DNA of 64,000 nt, from the NCBI GenBank assembly GCA_040081625.1, contig JBEBGD010000007.1, forward strand, positions 39,526 through 103,525, read 5' to 3'. Positions 8,759 through 18,515 of the stretch are shown here, in pieces (the first letter of the stretch is position 1; the number at the start of each line of letters is the position of its first letter). The DNA comes from Chthoniobacteraceae bacterium (lineage in GTDB: Bacteria > Verrucomicrobiota > Verrucomicrobiia > Chthoniobacterales > Chthoniobacteraceae). The notes beneath the pieces are model-generated. The model had not been told where the DNA came from and did no database searches. It worked only from the letters and a program-made list of their open reading frames with translations. A program made the translations under genes and the position numbers.

Positions 8759-11632
8759 ATGCGCCCCCACTTCCTTCTCGTCCTCGCGGCGATCCGCCTC
8801 AGCGCGGCCACGCCACCGCCGGAATCGCAGCCGCTTTCACCGCTCGACGCGATGAAGAAGCTCCAGATCCGCGCCGGCTACGGCGTCGAGCTCGTCGCCG
8901 CAGAGCCGCTCACGATCGATCCCGTCGCGATCGACTGGGATACAGCCGGAAGGCTGTGGGTCGTCGAGATGGCCGACTACCCGCTCGGCATGGACGGCAA
9001 CGGCAAAGCCGGCGGACGCGTGCGCGTGCTCGACGACACCGACGGCGACGGACGCTACGACAAGTCCACGCTCTTCGCCGATGGCCTCAACTTCCCCAAC
9101 GGCGTGCTCGCATGGCGCGACGGCGTCATCATCACCGCCGCGCCCGACATCCTTTTCCTCCGCGACACCGATGGTGACGGACGCGCCGATCAGCGCGAAG
9201 TGCTCGTGACCGGCCTGCTTGAGGGCAACCAGCAGCTCCGCGCCAACGGCCTGCGCTGGGGACTCGACAACTGGGTCTATTGCGCCGCCGGCGGCCACCA
9301 CGGCAACTACGGCGCGGACACCAGGCTGCGCTCGAATCGCGCCGGCATCGATGTCGCCGTCGGCAGCCGCGATTTTCGTTTTCGTCCCGACACCGGGGCG
9401 CTCGAACCCGAGAGTGGCCCGTCGCAATTCGGGCGCAATCGCGACGACTGGGGCCATTGGTTCGGCACGCAAAACTCGCGGCCGCTCTGGCACTACGTGC
9501 TCGCGGATCGCTACCTGCGCCGCAATCCGCACGTGCCCGCGCCGGACCCGACGCGACAGGTCGTCGTGCCGCTGAATCCGAAAGTCTGGCCCGCGAGCCC
9601 GCCGGAAAAACGCTTTCACAGCTTCAACCAGTCCGGCCATTTCACCTCCGCGTGCGCCGGCATGATCTATCGCGACGAACTGCTCTTCCCGCGGGGCGAG
9701 CGGCACGCGTTCACGTGCGAGCCCTTCCACAATCTCGTGCAGCACAATGTCGTGACCGACGACGCAACGAGCTTCGCCGCGCACCGCGCGCCCGGCGAGG
9801 AGACAAGCGAATTCTTCTCGAGCGAAGACCGCTGGTGCCGCCCCGTGATGACGCGCACCGGTCCCGACGGCGCGCTGTGGGTCGTGGACATGTATCGCTA
9901 CATGATCGAGCACCCGCAGTTCCTCACCGACGCGGGCAAAGCCGAACTGCTCCCGCACTACCGGCTCGGCGACGACAAGGGCCGCATCTACCGCCTCTTC
10001 CCCGTCGGCGCGAAGCTGCGCACGCCGCCGCGCCTCGCCGACATGGACACCGCCACGCTCGTCCATGCGCTCGACTCGCCAAACGAATGGCAGCGCGACA
10101 AGGCGCACCAGCTCCTGCTCTGGCGCGCCGACAAAGCCGCGCGCGATCCGCTCGCCACACTCGCGCGCGAAAGCGCGAACCCACTCGCGCGGCTGCACGC
10201 GCTCTGCGTGCTCGATGGTCTCGATGCGCTCGCTCCAGAACTCGTCGTCCACGCACTCGCCGATCCGCATCCCGGCGTGCGCGAGAACGCGCTGCGCCTC
10301 GCCGAGAATCGCGGCACGCCCGAGGTGATCGCCGCGTCGGTGAAGCTCGTCGATGACGCCGACGCGAAGGTGCGGCTGCGACTCGCCTGCACGCTCGGCG
10401 AATGGAAGGACGCGAGCGCAGGCGAAGCGCTCGCGCGACTTGCGCTCAAGGATCGCGCAGACTCATTCACGCTCGCGGCGGTGATGAGTTCCGCAGTGCC
10501 GCACGCACGCGCCCTCTCGAACGCGGGGATCGACGCGCTCTCGGACCCGCTCATCCGCCTCGCGCTCGGGCTCGACGACCGCGACTCCCTCGCCACGCTG
10601 CTCGCGCCCATCGTCACATCGGTGGACAGCCGCTTCACGGTCGCGCAGATGGAGGGGTTCGGGCGTTTTCTCGAGATGACCAACGGCACTGACAGAGCCG
10701 GCTTCGGCACAGCGATCCTGGCCTTCGCGCGCACGCTGCTCGGCGACGAGGCGCAGCCGACAGCCCAGCGTGCCGCCGCCGCCGGCCTGCTCGCGCGCGA
10801 TCCCACGAAGCGCGCCGACTTGCTCAAGGTGCTGCCCCGCTGGCTCGCCCCCTCACAGCCCGGCGACCTCCAGCGCGCCGCGGTGCGCGCGCTGGGCGCG
10901 ACCGGCGACTCTTCGGTGCCCGCGACGTTGCTCGAAGGCTGGCCGGCCTTCACTCCCGGGACGCGCGCCGTCGCGATCGACGTGCTGCTCGCACGCGAAC
11001 CGTGGGCCTTCGCGCTGCTCGACAGCGGGAATGCGCCCGCGCTCGACGGGACGCAGCGTGGACGTTTGCAGAAGCACAGCTCGCCGCGGGTCCGCACGCT
11101 CGCCGGTAAGATCTTCAAGGCCGCCGGCACGCGCGCGGCGGTCGTCGCAAAGTTTCAGCCCGCGCTGAAACTCGCCGGCGACGGCGCGCGTGGACGTGAG
11201 GTTTTCACGAAGCTGTGCGTCGCCTGCCACAAGCTCGGCGACGCCGGCAACGAAGTCGGGCCGAACCTGGCGTCAGTCGTCGAGCATCCGCCGGAGAAGC
11301 TGCTGCTCAACATCCTCGACCCGAACGCCGACGTGCAGCCGGGCTTTTACGCCTACTTCTGCCAGCTCGCAGACAGCACGGAACTCTACGGCCTCATGGC
11401 ATCGGAGACCGGCACGAGCATCACCTTCAAGCTCGCCGACGGCACGCAGCGGCCGGTGCTGCGCAAGGACATCAAGTCGCTCCGCAGCGCGAATGCGTCG
11501 CTCATGCCCGAGGGCCTCGAAGCCGCGATGACGCCGCAGGATCTCGCGGACCTCATCGGCTTTTTGCGCACGGGCGGGAAGGGAAAGAAGTCCGGGATGC
11601 GCGAGCTTGCACCGGCGAAAGCAGCCCGGTAG
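8759..11632 (+). CDS. PVC-type membrane-bound dehydrogenase-like protein with HEAT-like repeats and a C-terminal CxxCH heme domain
   Basis: VELVAAEP..DPVAIDWD..GRLWVVEMADYP; DTDGDGRYDKST; GPDGALWVVDMYR; CVACH..VGPNL; SLMPEGLE; start placed at the signal-peptide ATG. Confidence 0.9.
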   Translation: MRPHFLLVLAAIRLSAATPPPESQPLSPLDAMKKLQIRAGYGVELVAAEPLTIDPVAIDWDTAGRLWVVEMADYPLGMDGNGKAGGRVRVLDDTDGDGRYDKSTLFADGLNFPNGVLAWRDGVIITAAPDILFLRDTDGDGRADQREVLVTGLLEGNQQLRANGLRWGLDNWVYCAAGGHHGNYGADTRLRSNRAGIDVAVGSRDFRFRPDTGALEPESGPSQFGRNRDDWGHWFGTQNSRPLWHYVLADRYLRRNPHVPAPDPTRQVVVPLNPKVWPASPPEKRFHSFNQSGHFTSACAGMIYRDELLFPRGERHAFTCEPFHNLVQHNVVTDDATSFAAHRAPGEETSEFFSSEDRWCRPVMTRTGPDGALWVVDMYRYMIEHPQFLTDAGKAELLPHYRLGDDKGRIYRLFPVGAKLRTPPRLADMDTATLVHALDSPNEWQRDKAHQLLLWRADKAARDPLATLARESANPLARLHALCVLDGLDALAPELVVHALADPHPGVRENALRLAENRGTPEVIAASVKLVDDADAKVRLRLACTLGEWKDASAGEALARLALKDRADSFTLAAVMSSAVPHARALSNAGIDALSDPLIRLALGLDDRDSLATLLAPIVTSVDSRFTVAQMEGFGRFLEMTNGTDRAGFGTAILAFARTLLGDEAQPTAQRAAAAGLLARDPTKRADLLKVLPRWLAPSQPGDLQRAAVRALGATGDSSVPATLLEGWPAFTPGTRAVAIDVLLAREPWAFALLDSGNAPALDGTQRGRLQKHSSPRVRTLAGKIFKAAGTRAAVVAKFQPALKLAGDGARGREVFTKLCVACHKLGDAGNEVGPNLASVVEHPPEKLLLNILDPNADVQPGFYAYFCQLADSTELYGLMASETGTSITFKLADGTQRPVLRKDIKSLRSANASLMPEGLEAAMTPQDLADLIGFLRTGGKGKKSGMRELAPAKAAR

Positions 11633-11650
11633 CCTGCGCCTCTTCGCGCC

Positions 11651-13426
11651 ATGAGCCAGACCAAAGCCGCACCTTCCCGCAAAGCCCGTATCTCCGATCC
11701 GCACTCGCTGCACCGCAAGTGGAGCGCGGAAGTCGTCGATGGTTACGAACGCGCCGCGTCGCGCGCGATGCTGCACGCGGTGGGTTTCACGCGCGACGAT
11801 TTCCGCAAGTCGCAGGTCGGCATCGCGAGCACGTGGGCGCAGGTGACGCCGTGCAACATCCACATCGACCAGCTCGCGCGGCAGGCGGAAGCCGGCGTGA
11901 GCGCGGCGGGCGGGAAGTCGCTCATCTTCAACACGATCACAATCTCCGACGGCATCTCGATGGGCACCGAGGGGATGAAATACTCGCTCGTCTCGCGCGA
12001 AGTGATCGCCGACTCGATCGAGACGGTCGTCGCATGCGAAGGCTTTGACGGGATCGTGGCGATCGGCGGGTGCGACAAGAACATGCCGGGCTGCCTGATC
12101 GCGATGGCGCGCCTGAACCGGCCGGGAATCTTCGTTTATGGCGGCACGATTTTGCCCGGCTGCATCACCGGCGAACTCGCGGCGCGCCGGCTGCGCAAGG
12201 ATCAGGCCGAGCGGATCGCGGACAAGAAACTCGACGTGGTGAGCTGCTTTGAAGCCGTGGGTAAACACGCGGCGGGCGACCTGGATGATCGCGAGCTGGC
12301 ACTGATCGAGGAGCAGGCGATCCCCGGCGCGGGTTCATGCGGCGGCATGTATACGGCGAACACGATGGCCTCGGCGATCGAGGCGCTGGGCATGAGCTTG
12401 CCGAACTCAAGCGCGCAGAACGCGGTCTCAAGGGAAAAGGCGATGGATGCGCGCATGGCGGGCCTTCAGTGCTACGAGCTGATCAAGCGCGGCATCCGCC
12501 CGCTCGACATCATGACGAAGGAGGCGTTCGAGAATGCGATCACGCTCACCATCGCGCTCGGCGGCTCGACCAATGCAGTGCTGCATCTCATCGCGATGGC
12601 GCACGCGGCGGGCGTCGCGCTCGGCATCGACGACTTCACGCGCGTCGGCAAGCGCGTGCCCGTGCTCGCGGATCTCAAGCCGAGCGGACGTTTTCTCATG
12701 AGCGAACTCATCGGGATCGGCGGCCAGGCGCCGCTGATGAAAATGCTGCTCGACGAAAAACTGCTGCACGGCAAGTGCATGACCGTGACCGGGAAAACGC
12801 TCGCCGAGAATCTCAAGAAGGTGAAGGCGTATCCGAAGGGCCAGGAGATCGTGCGGTCGTTTTCCAACCCGATCAAAAAGGACAGCCATCTCGTGATCCT
12901 CCGCGGAAATCTCGCGCCCGACGGCGCGGTGGCGAAGATCAGCGGCAAGGAGGGGCTGCAGTTTTCAGGGAAGGCGATCGTGTTTGAAAACGAGCAGGAC
13001 GCGCTCGCCGCGATCCTCGACGGCCGCGTGAAGCACGGTCACGTGATCGTGATCCGTCACGAGGGACCGGTGGGCGGGCCCGGCATGCGCGAGATGCTTT
13101 CACCCACGAGCGCGGTGATGGGCCGCGGGCTGGGCAAGGACGTGGCGTTGATCACCGACGGGCGATTCTCCGGCGGATCGCACGGCTTCGTGGTCGGCCA
13201 CATCACTCCCGAGGCCGCGCTCGGCGGGCCGCTCGCGATCGTGAAGAACGGCGATCCGCTCACCATCGACGCGGACAAACGCGTGCTCACACTCGACGTG
13301 CCGAAGAGCGAGATCGATGCGCGACTCGCGAAATGGAAGGCGCCTGCGCCGCGTTACACCCGTGGCGTGCTCGCGAAGTATGCGCGCGTCGTGAAGAGCG
13401 CGAGCCTCGGCGCGGTCACGGACTGA
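11651..13426 (+). CDS. ilvD: dihydroxy-acid dehydratase
   Basis: TPCNIH, SDGISMG, GGCDKNMPG, GSCGGMYTANTM, GPVGGPGMREML, LITDGRFSGG. Confidence 0.97.
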   Translation: MSQTKAAPSRKARISDPHSLHRKWSAEVVDGYERAASRAMLHAVGFTRDDFRKSQVGIASTWAQVTPCNIHIDQLARQAEAGVSAAGGKSLIFNTITISDGISMGTEGMKYSLVSREVIADSIETVVACEGFDGIVAIGGCDKNMPGCLIAMARLNRPGIFVYGGTILPGCITGELAARRLRKDQAERIADKKLDVVSCFEAVGKHAAGDLDDRELALIEEQAIPGAGSCGGMYTANTMASAIEALGMSLPNSSAQNAVSREKAMDARMAGLQCYELIKRGIRPLDIMTKEAFENAITLTIALGGSTNAVLHLIAMAHAAGVALGIDDFTRVGKRVPVLADLKPSGRFLMSELIGIGGQAPLMKMLLDEKLLHGKCMTVTGKTLAENLKKVKAYPKGQEIVRSFSNPIKKDSHLVILRGNLAPDGAVAKISGKEGLQFSGKAIVFENEQDALAAILDGRVKHGHVIVIRHEGPVGGPGMREMLSPTSAVMGRGLGKDVALITDGRFSGGSHGFVVGHITPEAALGGPLAIVKNGDPLTIDADKRVLTLDVPKSEIDARLAKWKAPAPRYTRGVLAKYARVVKSASLGAVTD

Positions 13427-13452
13427 GACCAGTTCGCGTCCAGGATGAGATT

Positions 13453-13624
13453 GACCGCGGAGCGGTCGCCGACGGTAGTCGTGGACGTTAGTCCACGGTG
13501 GGTTCGGGACGAAGCGCGCGTCGCGTAGCGACGGCTGATACAAGCGTCGCTACGCGACGAAGAGCCACTCCAACCCCGATCCGTGGACTGAAATCCACGG
13601 ATACTTCATTGACCTCCCGCGGTC
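13453..13624. repeat. REP/REPIN-like nested palindromic intergenic element (copy 2)
   Basis: Hairpins at 13453-13467, GTAG+hairpin at 13475-13498 and CGTCGCGTAGCGACG at 13519-13533, mirrored by 13545-13559, 13581-13604 and 13611-13624. Confidence 0.8.
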
Positions 13625-13676
13625 GCCGACGCGCCGAACATTGCGCTCGTTGTGAACGCGGTGACGGACTGATCGC

Positions 13677-14228
13677 TCAGACCGTCGTATCGTCGATCCA
13701 CTTCACGAGGCTCGTCTCGATGACGAACCAGCACGCGCGTGCGGTGCGGCGGGACTCGGGGGTCGGACATTCCGCGCCGACCAGCCACTCGCGCAGAAGC
13801 GGCAGGGCTTTTTCCTTGATGATGCCCTGGATGAATTCGCGCGACTCCGCGGGCGTCGGCAGCACCTCGAGCGCCCAACGTTCGCCGCCTTGCGGCAGCC
13901 GCGTGATCGTGCCGGGCCTCGGCTCATAGACGGGATAGTTCGTGTAGGTGATGCGCAGCATCGGGAAGCCTTTGATCGGCCGCGGCATCGTGAAGATCGG
14001 CGAGCGATTCGAGTAGCGCAGCGTGAAGCGCTCGAACTGTGCGATCCCCATGAGTCCTTCGCCGATGGCCGACGCGCCGATGGGGTAGCTGAACCCGGGA
14101 GGATGCGGACTTTTTCCAAGCACCGGGATGCGTGGGATGAAGACCGGCTGGATCGGCGCCTCGAGATCCGGGGAAGCGGTTGCAGGGAGCTGTTCAGGAA
14201 TCGGTTGGTCCGTCAGTTCGTCGTTCAC
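13677..14228 (-). CDS. hypothetical protein
   Basis: 183-aa ORF with plausible composition filling the gap; no family recognised; GTG start uncertain. Confidence 0.6.
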   Translation of the reverse strand: MNDELTDQPIPEQLPATASPDLEAPIQPVFIPRIPVLGKSPHPPGFSYPIGASAIGEGLMGIAQFERFTLRYSNRSPIFTMPRPIKGFPMLRITYTNYPVYEPRPGTITRLPQGGERWALEVLPTPAESREFIQGIIKEKALPLLREWLVGAECPTPESRRTARACWFVIETSLVKWIDDTTV

Positions 14229-14334
14229 GGGGTGGCGTGGGTTCGGTTATCATTGAGCCTGCGGGAGCGGGCAGCAGTTGGCACTCGGAATTTGATACCC
14301 GGTGTTTCTCCTGAAAGGCAATAGGTAAATTTCC

Positions 14335-15921
14335 CTACTTTCCGGGCTCCTTTGACAACTCCGAAGGAGCCCGGCGCGGTGCGCCATCTTCCGTGTTGAG
14401 CTGAACCGGCGCGGCGGGCGGTGTGGCTTTCACCTCAACGCGATGCAGCAGCCGGTAGCTGTTAAATTTCTCGGGCAGCAGCGGTGTGCTCGCGAGCAAA
14501 TCGAAGGGCTCGAGCGCCGCGCGGTGTTTATCGAAATCGCCCTCGCTCAACACAAGCCAGTCGATGCGCTTGAAGCGCCACGCCGCGATGGCGTCGTCCA
14601 TCCGCGTAAATCGCTGCGCGCCCGCGTAGAGCAGCATGCCCTCATCCTTGCCGCTCACCACGACGAGGCGGTCCCGTTTTTCCTGCACGGCGGCGCGAGT
14701 TGCCGCGCCGAAGGCCACCAGCGCGCGCGCGTCGTTGTCGAAGCTCCCGAACATTCTCAAGCCGGCATAGCCCGCCGCCAGCGGCACCGCGAGCAGCGGC
14801 GCGAGAATCGCGATGCGCCCGATGGGCTGGCCGCGCAGCTCGAACTTCGGAAGATGCCGAGCGGCCGCCGCGAGCAAGAGGCACATCGGCGGCACGACCG
14901 GCAGGATGCGGTCGAAACGCTTTGACGGCACACATTCCATGAACACAAGCCCGCCGAGCGTCCAGCACAGCAGCCACGTCAGCGCCGCGTCGCTCCGGCA
15001 CGCGACGCGCACTTGTTTGACCGTGAACATGGCGATGAGCAGGAGCGTCCACGGCAGCGTGCGCCCGAGCAGGCCAAGTGAGTAGGTGCCCGGCCAGCCG
15101 GTGTGATGCACCGCGCGTTCGCCGACCGTGAAGCGCCCGAAGAATTCCTTCACCACGACCTGATCGTAGAATCCCGGCACGTTCACGCAACCATGCCAGA
15201 TCCATGCGCCGAAGATCGCGGCCGGAAGCAACCACGCGATCCAGCCCGCCCACACACGGCGATTGATCTCCCATTTTCGGGTGACGAGCAGGAAGGCGAC
15301 AATACCCGGCAGCAGGAAGCCGTAGGCGATCGGCCCTTTCGTGAGCGTGGAGCCGAGCAGCAGCAGGCACGTCGCAGCGCGCTCGCGAAAAGTCCACGGC
15401 TCGCCGCTGCGCAGCTTGCGCACGATGATCAGCCCGGTGAAAAAGATGAACGCCGTGAGCAGCATGTCCGTGCGCACGAGCGAGGCGAGGCGCGGCACGT
15501 AGGAGTTCAGCCCGAACGCGCCCGCGGCGAGCATCGCGCCGACGTTGTTGCCGTAGAGTTCATCGCCCGCGCGCCACAATCCTCGCAGAATCAACAGCGC
15601 CGCCACGAACGCCGGCAGTCGCCACGCCACCTCCCAGCCGTGCCCGCCTGCGACGAGATACGCGAGCGCGGAGAGCCAACCCTGCAGCGGCGGCTTCGTA
15701 GCAGGACGCGGCCTGTCCGAGACCGCCGAGTCCGGCAACTCCTGCACGAGCCACTTCCCGTCCTCGATCATTTGATACGACACGAACGCCTGCTTCGCCT
15801 GGTCGAGATCATCGAGATGCCATGGCAGATTCCGCACGGCGAAGAGCACGATGATGCTCGCGAGAACGAGCACAGCAAATCCGGGCAGGACGTCGTCCTT
15901 GGGTCGTTGGTGCGAGTTCAT
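14335..15921 (-). CDS. ArnT/PMT-like GT-C glycosyltransferase
   Basis: Multi-TM; DDLDQAKQ..MIEDGKWL, KPPLQGWL, RTDMLLT, TKGP, SKRFDRILP; ATG overlaps the lpxB stop (ATGA). Confidence 0.85.
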   Translation of the reverse strand: MNSHQRPKDDVLPGFAVLVLASIIVLFAVRNLPWHLDDLDQAKQAFVSYQMIEDGKWLVQELPDSAVSDRPRPATKPPLQGWLSALAYLVAGGHGWEVAWRLPAFVAALLILRGLWRAGDELYGNNVGAMLAAGAFGLNSYVPRLASLVRTDMLLTAFIFFTGLIIVRKLRSGEPWTFRERAATCLLLLGSTLTKGPIAYGFLLPGIVAFLLVTRKWEINRRVWAGWIAWLLPAAIFGAWIWHGCVNVPGFYDQVVVKEFFGRFTVGERAVHHTGWPGTYSLGLLGRTLPWTLLLIAMFTVKQVRVACRSDAALTWLLCWTLGGLVFMECVPSKRFDRILPVVPPMCLLLAAAARHLPKFELRGQPIGRIAILAPLLAVPLAAGYAGLRMFGSFDNDARALVAFGAATRAAVQEKRDRLVVVSGKDEGMLLYAGAQRFTRMDDAIAAWRFKRIDWLVLSEGDFDKHRAALEPFDLLASTPLLPEKFNSYRLLHRVEVKATPPAAPVQLNTEDGAPRRAPSELSKEPGK

Positions 15922-17027
15922 GAGCTGGAGGAAAGTGCGCGCAAGATGCACGCGGCGGCACGACCACCCGCGCCGGGCTCGCCGAGTTGAGCGATCACCG
16001 CCGTGAGTTCGCGCTGCTGCGCGGTGCGCGCGGCGGCGTCACCCACGAGCGCGCGCATCGCTTCCGCGATCGGCTGCGGCTGCGCGGCGCCCTGGAGGAA
16101 TTCACGCGCGATTTCGCGACCGGCGAGGATGTTGGGCATCCCGAGATGCGGCACCCGGACGAGTTGCCGTCCGACGACCCACGTGAGCCACGCGACCTTG
16201 TAGAGAATCACCATCGGCAGGCCGAAGTATGCCGCCTCGAGCGTCGCCGTGCCGGAGCAGACCATGCCCGCGGTGGCGCGCTGCATGAGGTCGTGCGCGT
16301 TTCCGGTGCTCACTTCGCAAACATCGCCGGCGAGTGCGCGCATCTCACGTGCGAGTGCGTCGGAGGCGGCGGCCGAGGCGAAGCGCAGCGCGGGATTGCC
16401 GCGGCGCATCAGACGCGCGGCGTCGAGCATCGCGGGAAAGATCCTGCGCACTTCCTTGCCGCGACTGCCTGGCAGCAGCGCAACGAGATCCGACTCGCGC
16501 CCGATGCCGGCGCGCTTCGCGGCAAGCGAGTCGAGCATGGGATGGCCGACGAATTCCGTGCGCAGGCCCGAGGCTTCATAGAGCGGCTTCTCGAACGGAA
16601 AGATGCACAGCATCAGGTCGAGATATTTCGCCATCTCCGGGATGCGCCCGCGATTCCACGCCCAGACCTGCGGGCTGATGTAGTCGATGATCTTCATCGC
16701 CGGGCGGCGCACGCGCGCGGCTTTCGCGAGCCGGTGATTGAAGCCGGGGTAGTCGATCAGGATGAGCGCATCGGGCTGCACGCGGTCGATGTCGTCGAGC
16801 ATCCGGCGAAACTGCGCGCGGAAGTAGCCATACTTTTTCAGCACATCCCAAAGTCCGACGACCGCTTCGTGCGCCCAGTCGAAAAACTCGCCACCCGCCA
16901 GCGCGCGCATCTGCGGCCCGCCGGCGCCGAAGAACTCAATGCCCGGCGCCTGCTCGCGGAGCGAGCGCATCAACTCCTCCCCGCGCGCATCGCCGCTCGC
17001 CTCGCCAGCGACGAGGTAGAGCTTCAC
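15918..17027 (-). CDS. lpxB: lipid-A-disaccharide synthase
   Basis: VAGEASGD, IDYPGFN, YISPQVWAW, FPFE, VGHP, LPGSR, SGTATLEAA; GTG overlaps the upstream stop. Confidence 0.96.
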   Translation of the reverse strand: MKLYLVAGEASGDARGEELMRSLREQAPGIEFFGAGGPQMRALAGGEFFDWAHEAVVGLWDVLKKYGYFRAQFRRMLDDIDRVQPDALILIDYPGFNHRLAKAARVRRPAMKIIDYISPQVWAWNRGRIPEMAKYLDLMLCIFPFEKPLYEASGLRTEFVGHPMLDSLAAKRAGIGRESDLVALLPGSRGKEVRRIFPAMLDAARLMRRGNPALRFASAAASDALAREMRALAGDVCEVSTGNAHDLMQRATAGMVCSGTATLEAAYFGLPMVILYKVAWLTWVVGRQLVRVPHLGMPNILAGREIAREFLQGAAQPQPIAEAMRALVGDAAARTAQQRELTAVIAQLGEPGAGGRAAACILRALSSSS

Positions 17028-18070
17028 GACACGCGTGGCCGCGCCCCTGCGGCCTCGATCTGCCGGGTGATCTCGAGCGCAAGTTCGAGCGCAGCCGTCG
17101 CTTCGCTGCCTCCGACCTTCGGCTGCGCGCCGGCTTTCGCGCACTCGATGAACGCTGCAAGCTCGCGCTTCAGCGGCTCGCCTTTGTCCACCTCGACCGG
17201 CTCGCGCACGATCTTCCGCCCGGCGAATGCGGTCACGATCGTCGAGTCGGTCGCGACGCCGAGCAGCTTGCCGAAGAGCGAACTTTCCTTTTCGTCATCC
17301 CCCGCGAGACGCAGCAGGTAACCGGACTGGTTTTGGTAATCGAGCGACACGTAGGCGTCCTCCTGGAAGACGCGGATCTTGCGCAGCTTCTCCTGGCTGA
17401 TGCGACTGGCGGTGATGTTCGCGACGCAGCCGTTTTCGAATCGCAACCGCACGTTCGCGATGTCCTCGCCGCGGCTGAGCACCGGCACGCCGACCGCATC
17501 CACGCTTGCGAGCGGCGACTTCACGAGATGCAGAATGATCTCCAGATCGTGGATCATCAGATCGAGCACGACGCCGATGTCGATGCTGCGGCCCGGATAC
17601 GGCGAAAGCCGCGATACCTCGATGAATCGCGGACGCGCGAGCCGGGCCTCGAGCGCGCTGAGGACCGGATTGAAACGCTCGATGTGCCCGACTTGAAGCA
17701 CCAGCCCGCGCTCCCGCGCGAGCGTCGAGAGCGCGATCGCATCGGCGGTGGTCTCGGTGATCGGCTTCTCGACGAGCACATGTTTGCCCGCCTCGAGCAG
17801 CGCCTTGCCGACCGGGAAGTGCGTGGAGGTCGGCGTGGCGACGGTCGCCGCATCTACCAGCGCGATGAACTCCTCGATCGTCGCGCACGCTTTCGCGCCA
17901 AACTTCTCCGCCAACTCCCGCGCGACCGCCTCGTTCGTGTCGAAGATCGCCGTGAAGTTGCACGATGGCAGCTCGGCGAGGATGCGCGCGTGATTGCGCC
18001 CGATGCTGCCGGTGCCGACGACGCCGGCGCGAAACTGGGATGACTCGGATGATTTAACCACGGATAGCAC
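17024..18070 (-). CDS. Gfo/Idh/MocA oxidoreductase, GnnA-like (UDP-GlcNAc 3-dehydrogenase)
   Basis: GVVGTGSIG, HVLVEKPI, QVGHIERFNP, DLMIHDL, TASRIS; lies between lpxI and lpxB; start is GTG 18070 or GTG 18061. Confidence 0.88.
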   Translation of the reverse strand: MLSVVKSSESSQFRAGVVGTGSIGRNHARILAELPSCNFTAIFDTNEAVARELAEKFGAKACATIEEFIALVDAATVATPTSTHFPVGKALLEAGKHVLVEKPITETTADAIALSTLARERGLVLQVGHIERFNPVLSALEARLARPRFIEVSRLSPYPGRSIDIGVVLDLMIHDLEIILHLVKSPLASVDAVGVPVLSRGEDIANVRLRFENGCVANITASRISQEKLRKIRVFQEDAYVSLDYQNQSGYLLRLAGDDEKESSLFGKLLGVATDSTIVTAFAGRKIVREPVEVDKGEPLKRELAAFIECAKAGAQPKVGGSEATAALELALEITRQIEAAGARPRVS

Positions 18071-18086
18071 GGATTACACGGATGGA
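18038..18086. repeat. left arm of the 49-bp inverted repeat flanking the GxxExxY gene
   Basis: GGATGACTCGGATGATTTAACCACGGATAGCACGGATTACACGGATGGA; 45/49 identical to the reverse complement of 18467-18515. Confidence 0.92.
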
Positions 18087-18457
18087 GGGACGACGCGGCG
18101 CCATTCGAGCTTCGCGTGTTTAAAGTTGAACAGCAGCGCGAGGGAGAGACGCGTGATGGCGAGATAGCCGAGCATTTGGGCGATGTGCGCGTCGTTGAAT
18201 TCGGTCACCACTTTCGGGTCCACGATGATCAGATCCTCGACGATGAAGTCAGGAATGAATGTTCCGATCGGCACTCCCTTGTAGGTCACTTGAAATTGTT
18301 TTTGCCGCTCCACCTTGAGGCCGCGCAGGCCCAACTCCACTTCGAGCGCCCGCTCATAGATGCGCTCGTCCTGTCCTGGCCGCAGTTCATTGAGCACCTC
18401 CATCGCCGCGCCAATGATCTGCCTCGAAAGGTCTTCGTGTTTCAGGTTGGAGTTCAT
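18074..18457 (-). CDS. GxxExxY protein (PD-(D/E)xK nuclease-like)
   Basis: IIGAAMEVLNELRPGQDERIYERALEVEL; PDFIVEDLIIVDPK; AQMLGYL; LLFNF. Confidence 0.93.
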   Translation of the reverse strand: MNSNLKHEDLSRQIIGAAMEVLNELRPGQDERIYERALEVELGLRGLKVERQKQFQVTYKGVPIGTFIPDFIVEDLIIVDPKVVTEFNDAHIAQMLGYLAITRLSLALLFNFKHAKLEWRRVVPPSV

Positions 18458-18466
18458 CGTGTGGAA

Positions 18467-18515
18467 TCCATCCGTGTAATCCGTGTTATCCGTGGTTCAA
18501 TCATCCGCGTGATCC
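18467..18515. repeat. right arm of the 49-bp inverted repeat flanking the GxxExxY gene
   Basis: TCCATCCGTGTAATCCGTGTTATCCGTGGTTCAATCATCCGCGTGATCC; contains the lpxI stop codon (18497-18499). Confidence 0.92.

Noticed and set aside
18038..18515. CRISPR array or classical IS at the GxxExxY repeats
   Set aside because: No repeat-spacer series, no cas genes, no DDE/HUH transposase and no clear target-site duplication.
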